Below are positions 30,635-41,814 of a stretch of 51,376 bases of DNA, in pieces. The number at the start of each line of letters is the position of its first letter. Positions within the stretch are counted from its first letter, which is position 1. The notes beneath the pieces are model-generated. The model searched no databases and was not told where the DNA came from. It saw only the letters and a list, made by a program, of their open reading frames with translations. The stretch spans positions 1 through 51,376 of the forward strand of contig DFBM01000090.1 in the NCBI GenBank assembly GCA_002366645.1, given 5' to 3'. A program made the position numbers and the translations under genes. This stretch comes from Rhodobacterales bacterium UBA3080. Its GTDB lineage: Bacteria > Pseudomonadota > Alphaproteobacteria > Rhodobacterales > Rhodobacteraceae.

Positions 30635-31287
30635 TGGGCGCCAAATATGTGCGCATCGTCCTCGTTGTCCTTATAATTATCGGTGTTGCCTATCTCGCAA
30701 ATATGGCGGGAGACTGGATTAGCCAGCGTTTGAAAATGGAAATTACACCGGAAAACGAGAATTTGGTTTTTGGGGCAACTGTGTTTGCCATTGTCCTTTA
30801 CGCACTGCTGATTTCTTTACCTTTTGTGCCTGGTGTGGAAATCGGGATCGGGTTGATGGTGATGTTCGGTACACCAATCGCGATACCGGTATATATTTCG
30901 ACCATAATCGGGTTGAGCTTGGGGTTCGTTATTGGCCGGTTGGTTCCCGAAAAAATCATATGCGGATGTTTTGACTTTCTCGGCATGTCACGGATTAGCG
31001 GAATGTTGCGGGATTTGGCGCGCAAGCCGGTGCAGGAGCGCATGAATATGCTGGTCGAACGCGCCCCGACGCGGTTTATTTCGTTTCTATTACGCAACAG
31101 GTACGTTGCGATTGCGGTTGCGTTTAATATTCCCGGTAATTCCGTGATTGGCGGAGGCGGCGGGATTGCATTTATCGCCGGTCTAAGCCGGTTGTTCAGC
31201 TTTCCGCTCTATTTGCTGGCAGTTGTTATTGGCGTTTCACCCGTTGTGATCCTGTTTTTGATCTTCGGACCCTCTGTACTTGGGTAA
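30634..31287 (+). CDS. integral membrane protein, DedA/TVP38-like
   Basis: Several TM segments; LPFVPGVEIG and NIPGNSVIGGGGGI; start overlaps the pip stop. Confidence 0.7.
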   Translation: MGAKYVRIVLVVLIIIGVAYLANMAGDWISQRLKMEITPENENLVFGATVFAIVLYALLISLPFVPGVEIGIGLMVMFGTPIAIPVYISTIIGLSLGFVIGRLVPEKIICGCFDFLGMSRISGMLRDLARKPVQERMNMLVERAPTRFISFLLRNRYVAIAVAFNIPGNSVIGGGGGIAFIAGLSRLFSFPLYLLAVVIGVSPVVILFLIFGPSVLG

Positions 31288-31289
31288 AT

Positions 31290-34134
<2,845 letters not shown>

Positions 34135-34138
<4 letters not shown>

Positions 34139-34959
34139 GACATTGCGTTTGCAAATAGGTTTTGGGGGGGCTCGACGCTCATACCGCCATCGAGCGGAAT
34201 GATGGCCCCTGATGTGTACGCCCCGCCGCGACCACATAGAAACAAAGTGGCACCGGCGATATCCTCGGGCGTGCCGACACGACCAATGGGAACATTCGTC
34301 CCGACTTTGGTTTGCCCTTCTTCGCTTCCGATGGCGAACGCCGTCATTTTCGACGGGAACGGACCGGGCGCGAAGGCGTTAACGGTGATGTTCTTGGGGG
34401 CCAGTTCTGCCGCCAGAATTTTGGTCAGATGATGCACTGCGCCCTTCGATACAGCATAGGAATACGCACCTTCGGCCAGCGGGACCGTACCCATGACCGA
34501 ACCAATATTGATAATCCGTGCGGGATCGTTGTCAGCAGCGTTAGCCTTTAGAAGCGGCGTCAGATTGCGTGTCAGAGTAAACATGCCCGAAACATTGATA
34601 TTCATGACCTTTTCCCACGCCGCATGCGGAAAGGACTTATACGGCTCGCCCCAAGTTACGCCGGCGTTGTTCACCAGTATATGCAACTTGTCGGTACGCT
34701 TCAAAACCTCGGCCGTCAGCGCATCAATCGCGGCTTGCGAGCCAACGTCCCCGGCAAAACCCTCCGCCGATCCGGCGGCGCCGAGCGAGTTTAGCTCGGC
34801 AGCTACCGTCTCACATGCTTCGCCTTTGCGACTGGTAATCAGCACATGCGCACCGCCTTGCACCAGTGCTTCGGCAATCATGCAGCCAATGCCGGTCGCA
34901 CCACCGGTAACCAACGCGATTTTGCCGGTAACGCCGAATATGTTGTTAAGATAGGCCAT
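34135..34959 (-). CDS. short-chain dehydrogenase/reductase
   Basis: TGGATGIG, NNAG.TWG, YAVSK, APGPFPSKM; GGAGGA SD before ATG 34959. Confidence 0.92.
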
Positions 34960-35138
34960 GAACTCCTCCACAAGTTTGCGAAGAGACTGCCCAATTATCC
35001 AAAGCAAAGCAATTACAACGCTACGTTTCGGCTCTATGATATCGAGGGCAAAAATTAACCTTTGGGAATCTAACGGCCTTATTGTAGGATTCAACTAGGG
35101 CGAGTAACAGCCCACAACAATTAGTACGGGAGACAGAG

Positions 35139-35390
35139 ATGATCTATTTTATAATAAGTGCGGTTTGCGGCGTTGGCGGGGGCTTGGTTTCGTCCCAAGT
35201 TGCAAGCCAATATTCGCTTGGCCTCGTTGGTAACCTATTTACAGGATTCCTCGGCGGTGTCGTCGCGCATCTTATCACGATACTTGTGCTAGGCGGATCT
35301 GCCTATTCGGTTGCTGCCGTAGGCGGTTTCTTGGGCGGTGTGGTTGTTCGCGTTGCATTTACTGTGATCCGTCAACGGATGGTTAAATAG
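35139..35390 (+). CDS. small Gly-rich membrane protein (GlsB/YeaQ/YmgE-like)
   Basis: Three hydrophobic GxxGG helices (GNL..G.LGG); GGAG SD. Confidence 0.7.
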   Translation: MIYFIISAVCGVGGGLVSSQVASQYSLGLVGNLFTGFLGGVVAHLITILVLGGSAYSVAAVGGFLGGVVVRVAFTVIRQRMVK

Positions 35391-35391
35391 A

Positions 35392-36204
35392 CTAGTCTAA
35401 GCCAAGCACGTCGAGCATGGTGTATTCACCAGGCTTTTGATGTTGTCCCCAGAGCGCGGCCTTAATTGCGCCGCGCGCAAATAACATCCTGTCACTTGCA
35501 ATATGGCGCAGGATGAGGCGCTCGCCTTCGCCTGCGAAAATAACGTCATGCTCGCCAATAACGTCACCGCCACGCAGGGCTGCGAATCCGATATCACCCC
35601 GTTTGCGGGCGCCGGTTTCGCCGTCACGGCCTCGATCCGATACATCTGCAAGGTCGACACCTCGTCCCTCTGCAGCAGCCTCGCCAAGCATTAGGGCAGT
35701 TCCCGAGGGTGCATCGACTTTGTGACGGTGATGCATTTCAACAATTTCGATATCAAAATCCATATCCAGCGCTGCAGCGACTTTTCGGGTTAGCACAGTC
35801 AGCAAATTGACCCCGAGGCTCATGTTACCCGCCCTGACAACAATTGAGTGCCTCGCAGCAGCAGCGATCCTCGCAAGATGACTGCCTTCAAGACCGGTGG
35901 TTCCGATCACGTGTGTGATGCGGGCCTGCGCCGCCAATTCTGAATGCAAAACCGTAGCGCTCGGCGAGGTGAAATCAACGACCGCGTGCGAATGGGCCAA
36001 AACCTCGAGCGGATCGTCTGACACAGCGACACCAACCGGAGCACCGCCAAGGCATTCGCCCAGATCGCGGCCAATCCATTCGTGACCGGCCCTTTCTGTT
36101 ACACCAGCCAGATGCGCATGTTCATTTTCTTCGATCGCTTGAATCAACATCCGACCCATACGACCGGAAGCGCCGACCACCGCAATACCTGTTGTTTCTG
36201 TCAT
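35392..36204 (-). CDS. dapB: 4-hydroxy-tetrahydrodipicolinate reductase
   Basis: [29 protein letters not shown]. Confidence 0.97.
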   Translation of the reverse strand: MTETTGIAVVGASGRMGRMLIQAIEENEHAHLAGVTERAGHEWIGRDLGECLGGAPVGVAVSDDPLEVLAHSHAVVDFTSPSATVLHSELAAQARITHVIGTTGLEGSHLARIAAAARHSIVVRAGNMSLGVNLLTVLTRKVAAALDMDFDIEIVEMHHRHKVDAPSGTALMLGEAAAEGRGVDLADVSDRGRDGETGARKRGDIGFAALRGGDVIGEHDVIFAGEGERLILRHIASDRMLFARGAIKAALWGQHQKPGEYTMLDVLGLD

Positions 36205-36306
36205 AACGACCCTCGTTGGCTATTTGTTAGATGGTTTAGCGCTCAATTCCGCTAATGCAAAGGGGGGATGACTTGACATAGCGTTGATGCAGGGGGATTA
36301 GGGGCC

Positions 36307-36714
36307 ATGGCAAAGAAAAGATTTAATACGGGTGCCGGCCCCTCGCAACGGCAGCTTCGCGTTGGCGAACTGATCCGGCGGAAACTCTCGGATATTCTGC
36401 TTCGCGGCGATTTGCACGACGAAGAGCTTGCGCATGTGTCTGTGACTGTGGGCGAGGTGCGCGTGTCGCCGGACCTTCGCAACGCCATTGTGTTTGCTTT
36501 GCCGCTCGGTGGTGTGAATACCGATAGCGTGATCGAGGCCTTGAACCGGAATAAGGGAGAGCTTCGGCATCTGGTTACGCACGGTTTGAAGTTGAAGCAT
36601 GCACCCGAGCTGAAATTTTTAGCGGATCGCAGCTTTGACCAGATGGAAGAGACAAACCGTCTGCTAAGCTCAGCCGAGGTCCGTCGCGACCTTGATCGTG
36701 ATGAAGACGAATAG
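36307..36714 (+). CDS. rbfA: ribosome-binding factor A
   Basis: SQRQLRVGELIR, V.EVR.SPDL, P.L.F..D.SFD. Confidence 0.96.
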   Translation: MAKKRFNTGAGPSQRQLRVGELIRRKLSDILLRGDLHDEELAHVSVTVGEVRVSPDLRNAIVFALPLGGVNTDSVIEALNRNKGELRHLVTHGLKLKHAPELKFLADRSFDQMEETNRLLSSAEVRRDLDRDEDE

Positions 36715-36720
36715 GCCGAT

Positions 36721-38232
36721 ATGATAAAGGGGCTAGTTCAAAAGTTCCGCAAACCCGAGCGTCGGACGCAGGCGCAACGGATGCTGACACTTAGAAGTGC
36801 TCCGGTATATTATTTGCCGATCACAAAAAGCGGTAGTACCTATCTAAAGAACCTGTTCTATTATCTGGACCATGCAGAAGAACATGCCGCTGGTCACGAC
36901 ATCCATTCGAACGCCATAGACTTGTTGCGTGCAAATTCCGGAGACGAAGAAGCGATCCGGCGAAGCCCGCATGCATTTTCCGTGCTGCGTGATCCGGTTG
37001 ATAGGTTCATTTCACTATACTTTGACAAGATCTATGGTGACGGCCCGCGTAATTTTCCAGATGTTCGCACCTATCTAGCTACTGAAATCGGGTTGAATCT
37101 GACACCCGATCTTAATGCTTTGGATCATCGGCAAAACTGTTATCTTTTGATTGATTGGCTGGCACTAAATCTGGCGTTTAAAACTGACCAGCCCGTCAAC
37201 CATCACTGGCGACGACAGTCGAGCCGGCTTCAACGGGTAAAGGCGCTGGATGTTGCGCATTTGACGCTGGAAGGTCTGAATTGGCAGCTCCCGTTGTTTT
37301 TGGGCGAGGTCTTGCCAAACATTGAAGAGGCGATGGCTGCGGTTAGCGCCGATAATCGAACTGAAAAGCCCTATTCCCGCGCCGATATTGTTGATGCCGA
37401 ATTGCTTGGAAAAATTGAAGCGACCTACGCGCATGACAAAACGCTTTACGACCAGGCAGTCGATCGCTGGCAGCCGTGGCTCGGCTATCACCCGGTCGTG
37501 ACCGGTGACGAAAAGATAAGATGCCTGTCTACCGCAGGTCAGCCGCTGAATTGTGTTGTCACGCCTAAGGTCGGCTGCACCTATCTGCGAAACCTGCTTT
37601 ATTTGATGGAAAACGGCGAGGCCTACCACGACCCGTTACGCATACATCTAGAAGGCTCGTCGCTGGCGACCAGTCTGACCAAGCAGGAACTGGCGGAACA
37701 GGTTAGCTTCTTCGTAGTCCGGAACCCCACCGACCGGTTCGTTTCGTTGTATTTTGATAAGATATACGGATCGGGAGACCGCTCGTTCCATTGGGTCACA
37801 AACCGCCTCGTTCGGCGTAGGGGGTTTGTGCAGGGGCCGGATTTAACAATCGAGCAGCATCAGCACAACTGTATCGCGTTGCTCGGGTACATTGCCCGCA
37901 AGCTGAGGATCGAAGCGCCAGCCGACCAAAATCCGCATTGGTCTGCGCAAGTCGAGACTGTTAAAAAGGCAATCCGGTTTGATATGAAGCCGCTGTTACT
38001 TGAAGATCTGGACAACCAGTTGATCCAGATTGCGGGCGGCCGGATTGAAGGGCTCGAGGGCGCGATGCGCGCGGTGCCGAACAGAAACACCTCGCCAAAA
38101 CTGTTCTCGACCGCGGAATTGGTCACCCCCGAGATCGCCGAACGCATTTCTGCGCTTTATGGCGACGACCAAGCGTTGTATGAGCGCGTGAAACTGGGTT
38201 GGCGAACAACTGGTCAACCGCCAAAATTGTAG
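36721..38232 (+). CDS. sulfotransferase family 2 protein with two tandem domains
   Basis: Two copies of 5'-PSB ([11 protein letters not shown] / [11 protein letters not shown]), 3'-PB ([17 protein letters not shown] / [17 protein letters not shown]) and HW..Q motifs. Confidence 0.85.
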   Translation: MIKGLVQKFRKPERRTQAQRMLTLRSAPVYYLPITKSGSTYLKNLFYYLDHAEEHAAGHDIHSNAIDLLRANSGDEEAIRRSPHAFSVLRDPVDRFISLYFDKIYGDGPRNFPDVRTYLATEIGLNLTPDLNALDHRQNCYLLIDWLALNLAFKTDQPVNHHWRRQSSRLQRVKALDVAHLTLEGLNWQLPLFLGEVLPNIEEAMAAVSADNRTEKPYSRADIVDAELLGKIEATYAHDKTLYDQAVDRWQPWLGYHPVVTGDEKIRCLSTAGQPLNCVVTPKVGCTYLRNLLYLMENGEAYHDPLRIHLEGSSLATSLTKQELAEQVSFFVVRNPTDRFVSLYFDKIYGSGDRSFHWVTNRLVRRRGFVQGPDLTIEQHQHNCIALLGYIARKLRIEAPADQNPHWSAQVETVKKAIRFDMKPLLLEDLDNQLIQIAGGRIEGLEGAMRAVPNRNTSPKLFSTAELVTPEIAERISALYGDDQALYERVKLGWRTTGQPPKL

Positions 38233-38239
38233 GAATATT

Positions 38240-39151
38240 ATGGCAAGACGTAAAAAAGGTCGCGCGCTAAACGGATGGCTGGTTGTGGATAAACCGCTCG
38301 GCGTAACGTCGAGCGCGATAGTGAACAAAGCCAAGTGGGCGTTTGATGCGCAGAAGGCCGGCCACGCCGGAACTTTAGACCCAGAGGCGACAGGTGTGCT
38401 GGCGATTGCCTTTGGCGAGGCGACGAAGACCGTCCCCTATGTTACGGATTCGATGAAAGCCTACCGGTTTACGCTCCGGTTGGGACAGGCGACGAACACC
38501 GATGACGGCGAGGGCGAAATAACCCAAGAAAGCGATCTGCGTCCGACGGCGGATGAAATACGCGCAGCATTACCAGCGTTTACCGGTGATATCATGCAAG
38601 TTCCGCCGCAGTATTCCGCGGTTAAAGTCGACGGCGAGCGAGCTTATAAACGTGCCCGCGACGGCGAGGAGATGGAACTGGCGGCGCGGCCCCTATTTGT
38701 GGAAACGCTGGAGTTGGTTGAAATGCCGGACGCGGATCACGCGGTTCTGGAAATGGTGTGCGGGAAGGGTGGCTACGTCCGTTCCATCGGTCGTGATCTC
38801 GGTCAGGCGTTGGGCTGTTTTGCACATGTGGTTCAGTTGCGTCGTGTTTGGGCAGGACCGTTTGAGATATCGGATGGTATATCCTTTGAAACGCTGGATG
38901 AACTTGCCAAAGACCCCAAGTTAGACGAGTTTTTGCTTCCTTTGGAAGCCGGGTTGCACGATCTGCCCGAACTCCCCTGCACACCTGAAGGTGCAGCCAA
39001 ACTGCGTAATGGCAATCCGGGTATGGTTATGACGTCAGACGCCGAATATGGCGACGAGTGCTGGACGTCATTGAATGGCGTGCCGGTGGCGATCGGGGTT
39101 TACAAAGGCGGCGAATTGCACCCAAATCGGGTTTTTGTACTGGAGGACTAA
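38240..39151 (+). CDS. truB: tRNA pseudouridine-55 synthase
   Basis: [35 protein letters not shown]. Confidence 0.97.
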   Translation: MARRKKGRALNGWLVVDKPLGVTSSAIVNKAKWAFDAQKAGHAGTLDPEATGVLAIAFGEATKTVPYVTDSMKAYRFTLRLGQATNTDDGEGEITQESDLRPTADEIRAALPAFTGDIMQVPPQYSAVKVDGERAYKRARDGEEMELAARPLFVETLELVEMPDADHAVLEMVCGKGGYVRSIGRDLGQALGCFAHVVQLRRVWAGPFEISDGISFETLDELAKDPKLDEFLLPLEAGLHDLPELPCTPEGAAKLRNGNPGMVMTSDAEYGDECWTSLNGVPVAIGVYKGGELHPNRVFVLED

Positions 39152-39154
39152 GGG

Positions 39155-39859
39155 ATGGCAGTTCGCGTCAATCATTTGGGCCAACCGATTGGCGAGAATG
39201 TCGTTTGGCAGGGCGCCAAGATTCCACCGCGGAGCAATATGGAAGGCAAGTATTGTCGACTTGAGTCGATAGATATTGACCGCCACGCACCGGATTTGTT
39301 TGAAGCGTTTTCTGCTGACGAAACCGGTGGGATCTGGACGTATCTTTTTACCGACCCGTTCAAGACCGAACTAGACCTGCGGGAATGGATGGCAACGGCG
39401 TGTCTGGGCGACGACCCTCTGTTTCACGCCATAATCGACAAAGCCACAAACAAGGCGGTCGGATTTGCGACTTTCATGCGGATCGATCCTGCAATGGGGG
39501 TTATTGAAGTCGGTAACATCAACTTTTCCCCCGCGCTTCAACGCAGATCCGCCGCGACGGAAGCGATGTTCTTGATGATGCAGAGAGCCTTCAATGAGTT
39601 GGGCTACCGTCGATATGAATGGAAATGCGATAACCTGAATGCTCCGTCACATAAGGCGGCTAAGCGGCTTGGGTTTACGTATGAAGGTCTGTTCCGGCAA
39701 GCATTGGTCTACAAGGGCCGCAATCGCGATACGGCGTGGTTTTCTATCATCGATTCCGAGTGGCCGGCAATCGAGGCGGCGATGACAGCATGGTTGTCCG
39801 AGGGAAACTTCGATTCAAGCGGGCAACAGATCAAAAGCCTCGGCGAGCTTATGAAATGA
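39155..39859 (+). CDS. GNAT acetyltransferase (RimJ/RimL type)
   Basis: IEVG.I.FSP.LQR, LGYRRYEWKC..LN..S..AA.RLGF..EG.FRQ, RDTAW. Confidence 0.92.
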   Translation: MAVRVNHLGQPIGENVVWQGAKIPPRSNMEGKYCRLESIDIDRHAPDLFEAFSADETGGIWTYLFTDPFKTELDLREWMATACLGDDPLFHAIIDKATNKAVGFATFMRIDPAMGVIEVGNINFSPALQRRSAATEAMFLMMQRAFNELGYRRYEWKCDNLNAPSHKAAKRLGFTYEGLFRQALVYKGRNRDTAWFSIIDSEWPAIEAAMTAWLSEGNFDSSGQQIKSLGELMK

Positions 39860-40362
39860 TTACCCGCGAACACACCAAGGGCGATGCACCTTCCATCGCA
39901 AACTATTCGGATTGTGAGCAGTACCGTTACGACCTGACACGAGTCTGGGATGAAGACGGTAAAAAGGTGATGTTCCTAATGCTGAACCCGTCGACCGCGA
40001 CTGAAGTTCAGAATGACCCGACTGTGGAACGTTGCGAGCGGCGCGCTCGCACCTTGGGTTATGGCGCGTTCAGGGTCTGCAATATCTTTGCGTTTCGGGC
40101 AACTGATCCCAAGGTAATGCGGGCGGCGGATGATCCGGTTGGCCCTTTGAATGACGAAGCTATCCGGCAAGGTGTTGACTGGGCCGATGATATGGTTGCG
40201 GCATGGGGTGCGCATGGCGAACATCAGGGCCGGGGCGCAAACGTAGAGGCACTTTTACGCGGAATGCCGGTTTCGCCCAAGCATTTGGGTTTGACAAAGG
40301 CAGGGCACCCAAAGCACCCGCTCTATATCGGATACAAGGTGCAGCCTGATATCTGGTGGTAG
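39856..40362 (+). CDS. DUF1643 family protein
   Basis: YSDC..YRY.LTR.W, MLNPSTA...NDPT, NIFAFRATDP, AWG.HG, G.PKHPLY. Confidence 0.9.
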   Translation: MITREHTKGDAPSIANYSDCEQYRYDLTRVWDEDGKKVMFLMLNPSTATEVQNDPTVERCERRARTLGYGAFRVCNIFAFRATDPKVMRAADDPVGPLNDEAIRQGVDWADDMVAAWGAHGEHQGRGANVEALLRGMPVSPKHLGLTKAGHPKHPLYIGYKVQPDIWW

Positions 40363-40383
40363 GTAACGGCGGGCTCAGGTTTA

Positions 40384-40668
40384 TTATAGAACAGACACTA
40401 AAACAGCCTTTCCATCCGTAAAGAAGGCGTCGCCGGCAAAGCTTTGCCCAAGAACGGGCGGAATTAGTTGGAATATCATTTGTTGGGCAGCAGCTCCCGC
40501 CGAAAGCAGATCACGTATTAGCTAGTCCCTCTCTTTGTCGATATTCGGGTCTATGTGATGCGTAAACCCCCACTTTACACCGTCATCAAAGCTCGCGGTG
40601 CCAACGTATATCTGCATGCCATCTATTGCTCGAAACCCAGTCCGCCAAAAACGCGCATGATGGCGTTG
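40384..40668 (-). pseudogene. LssY C-terminal-domain gene fragment (no start codon, internal stop)
   Basis: Minus-strand frame reads QRHHARFWRTGFRAIDGMQIYVGTASFDDGVKWGFTHHIDPNIDKERD*LIRDLL...GQSFAGDAFFTDGKAVLVSVL*; internal TAG at 40524-40522. Absent from the ORF track. Confidence 0.75.
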
Positions 40669-40853
40669 CCATCCAAGTGACTTCTCACGAGGGTTTCGAT
40701 CAGATTGCTATACTACGCTTAGACTTGATCGAAGCTAATAGAAGGGTCGGAGTTCGGTTTAGTCAAAAGCGCGTTCGCTATCTGTTACTGTGGCGAAAGT
40801 CCTGTCGCCCTAATTTTCTTCCCATCCGTGTGGAGACCCACTTTGCGCGCATA

Positions 40854-40920
40854 TCGCCTAAGCATTTGGATTTGACCAAGGGGGTGCTCCCAAAACTCCG
40901 CTCCATATAAGATATAAGGT
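40854..40920 (+). repeat. degenerate second copy of the DUF1643 3' end (direct repeat of 40273-40340)
   Basis: Hand alignment gives about 54/68 identical positions, including a 1-nt deletion that shifts the frame. Confidence 0.85.
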
Positions 40921-41086
40921 TGAACCGGAAAACCATTGGAGACACCATATGGTGTGACCTTTCGAGTTGTGTCACCTGTATTTAGTACTTTGAATTGACT
41001 CTGAAAATTATATGAGTCACACATAATAAGGTCCGCCGCCACAACTTCAAGAAGAAGCTATAAGCTTCGGAAAGGAGGTGATGCAG

Positions 41087-41197
41087 ATGGCAAAGTGTCG
41101 AACTGTTACTAAAACGGTAAGATCTGGCAAAAAGCCGGGACCGAAAACAGTTCCGGTAAAGCCACACCGTCGGTCCAAGCCCAAAAAGGGTTGCTAG
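41087..41197 (+). CDS. putative 36-aa basic microprotein MAKCRTVTKTVRSGKKPGPKTVPVKPHRRSKPKKGC
   Basis: AAGGAGGTGA SD at 41072-41081, 8 nt from GGAGG to ATG; clean ORF to TAG; alternative in-frame ATG at 41081. Confidence 0.6.
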   Translation: MAKCRTVTKTVRSGKKPGPKTVPVKPHRRSKPKKGC

Positions 41198-41318
41198 TCT
41201 TGCATGACAGCTGAAACGACGGCGGGCCAAGACATAAGAATCCAATTCCTCCCCAGTCGCAAGCAGGAAATCTCTTCCCATACAACCAAAAACCCTCTAT
41301 ACGCGTGCATGTTGCCTA

Positions 41319-41424
41319 GGGGATTCCCTTTCGCGACCCTTTTTGGTTTGACCGTGCTGGACGACATCTTGGCACTGGCCGCATCGGAAAGGTTATTGAA
41401 ACCCTTATATAAAAGGAAAATCCG
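41319..41424 (+). promoter_or_regulatory. putative rpsO (S15) autoregulatory mRNA leader
   Basis: Structured 5' UTR with hairpin GTGC-TGGACGACATCTTG-GCAC (41354-41375), resembling the alphaproteobacterial S15 leader motif; boundaries approximate. Confidence 0.5.
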
Positions 41425-41694
41425 ATGTCGATTACTCCAGAGCTTAAAGAAGCCCTAATCAAAGAATACGCAATCAAAGAGGGTGACACTGGTTCCCCCG
41501 AAGTTCAGGTTGCTATCCTTACCAGCCGTATCAACACGTTGACCGAGCACTTCAAGTCCCACAAAAAGGACAACCACTCGCGTCGCGGTTTGCTAACAAT
41601 GGTTGCGACACGTCGTAAACTGCTGGATTACACACGTTCCAAAGACGAAGCGCGTTATAAGTCGCTTATCGAACGTCTCGGCATTCGCCGCTAA
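41425..41694 (+). CDS. rpsO: 30S ribosomal protein S15
   Basis: [30 protein letters not shown]. Confidence 0.98.
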   Translation: MSITPELKEALIKEYAIKEGDTGSPEVQVAILTSRINTLTEHFKSHKKDNHSRRGLLTMVATRRKLLDYTRSKDEARYKSLIERLGIRR

Positions 41695-41701
41695 GAATAC
41701 C

Positions 41702-41727
41702 AAAGCGCGCCTTCACGGGCGCGTTTT
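41702..41727 (+). terminator. intrinsic terminator after rpsO
   Basis: AAAGCGCGCC-ttcacg-GGCGCGTTTT. Confidence 0.7.
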
Positions 41728-41814
41728 GCATTAAGCCCGTATGATATGGGCACGTGGCATCGGCCACACCGCGGGTTTCGTCCATGGGGGATGAACCGCA
41801 GATAGGAAAAGAAA

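Noticed and set aside
40626-40910. 94-aa plus-strand ORF ending ISPKHLDLTKGVLPKLRSI
   Set aside because: TTG start without SD; only its tail is meaningful, and that is the frameshifted DUF1643 repeat.
40982-41458. Track ORFs 40982-41281 (-) and 41204-41458 (+)
   Set aside because: No convincing SD or motifs; they overlap the better supported micro-ORF and the rpsO leader/start.
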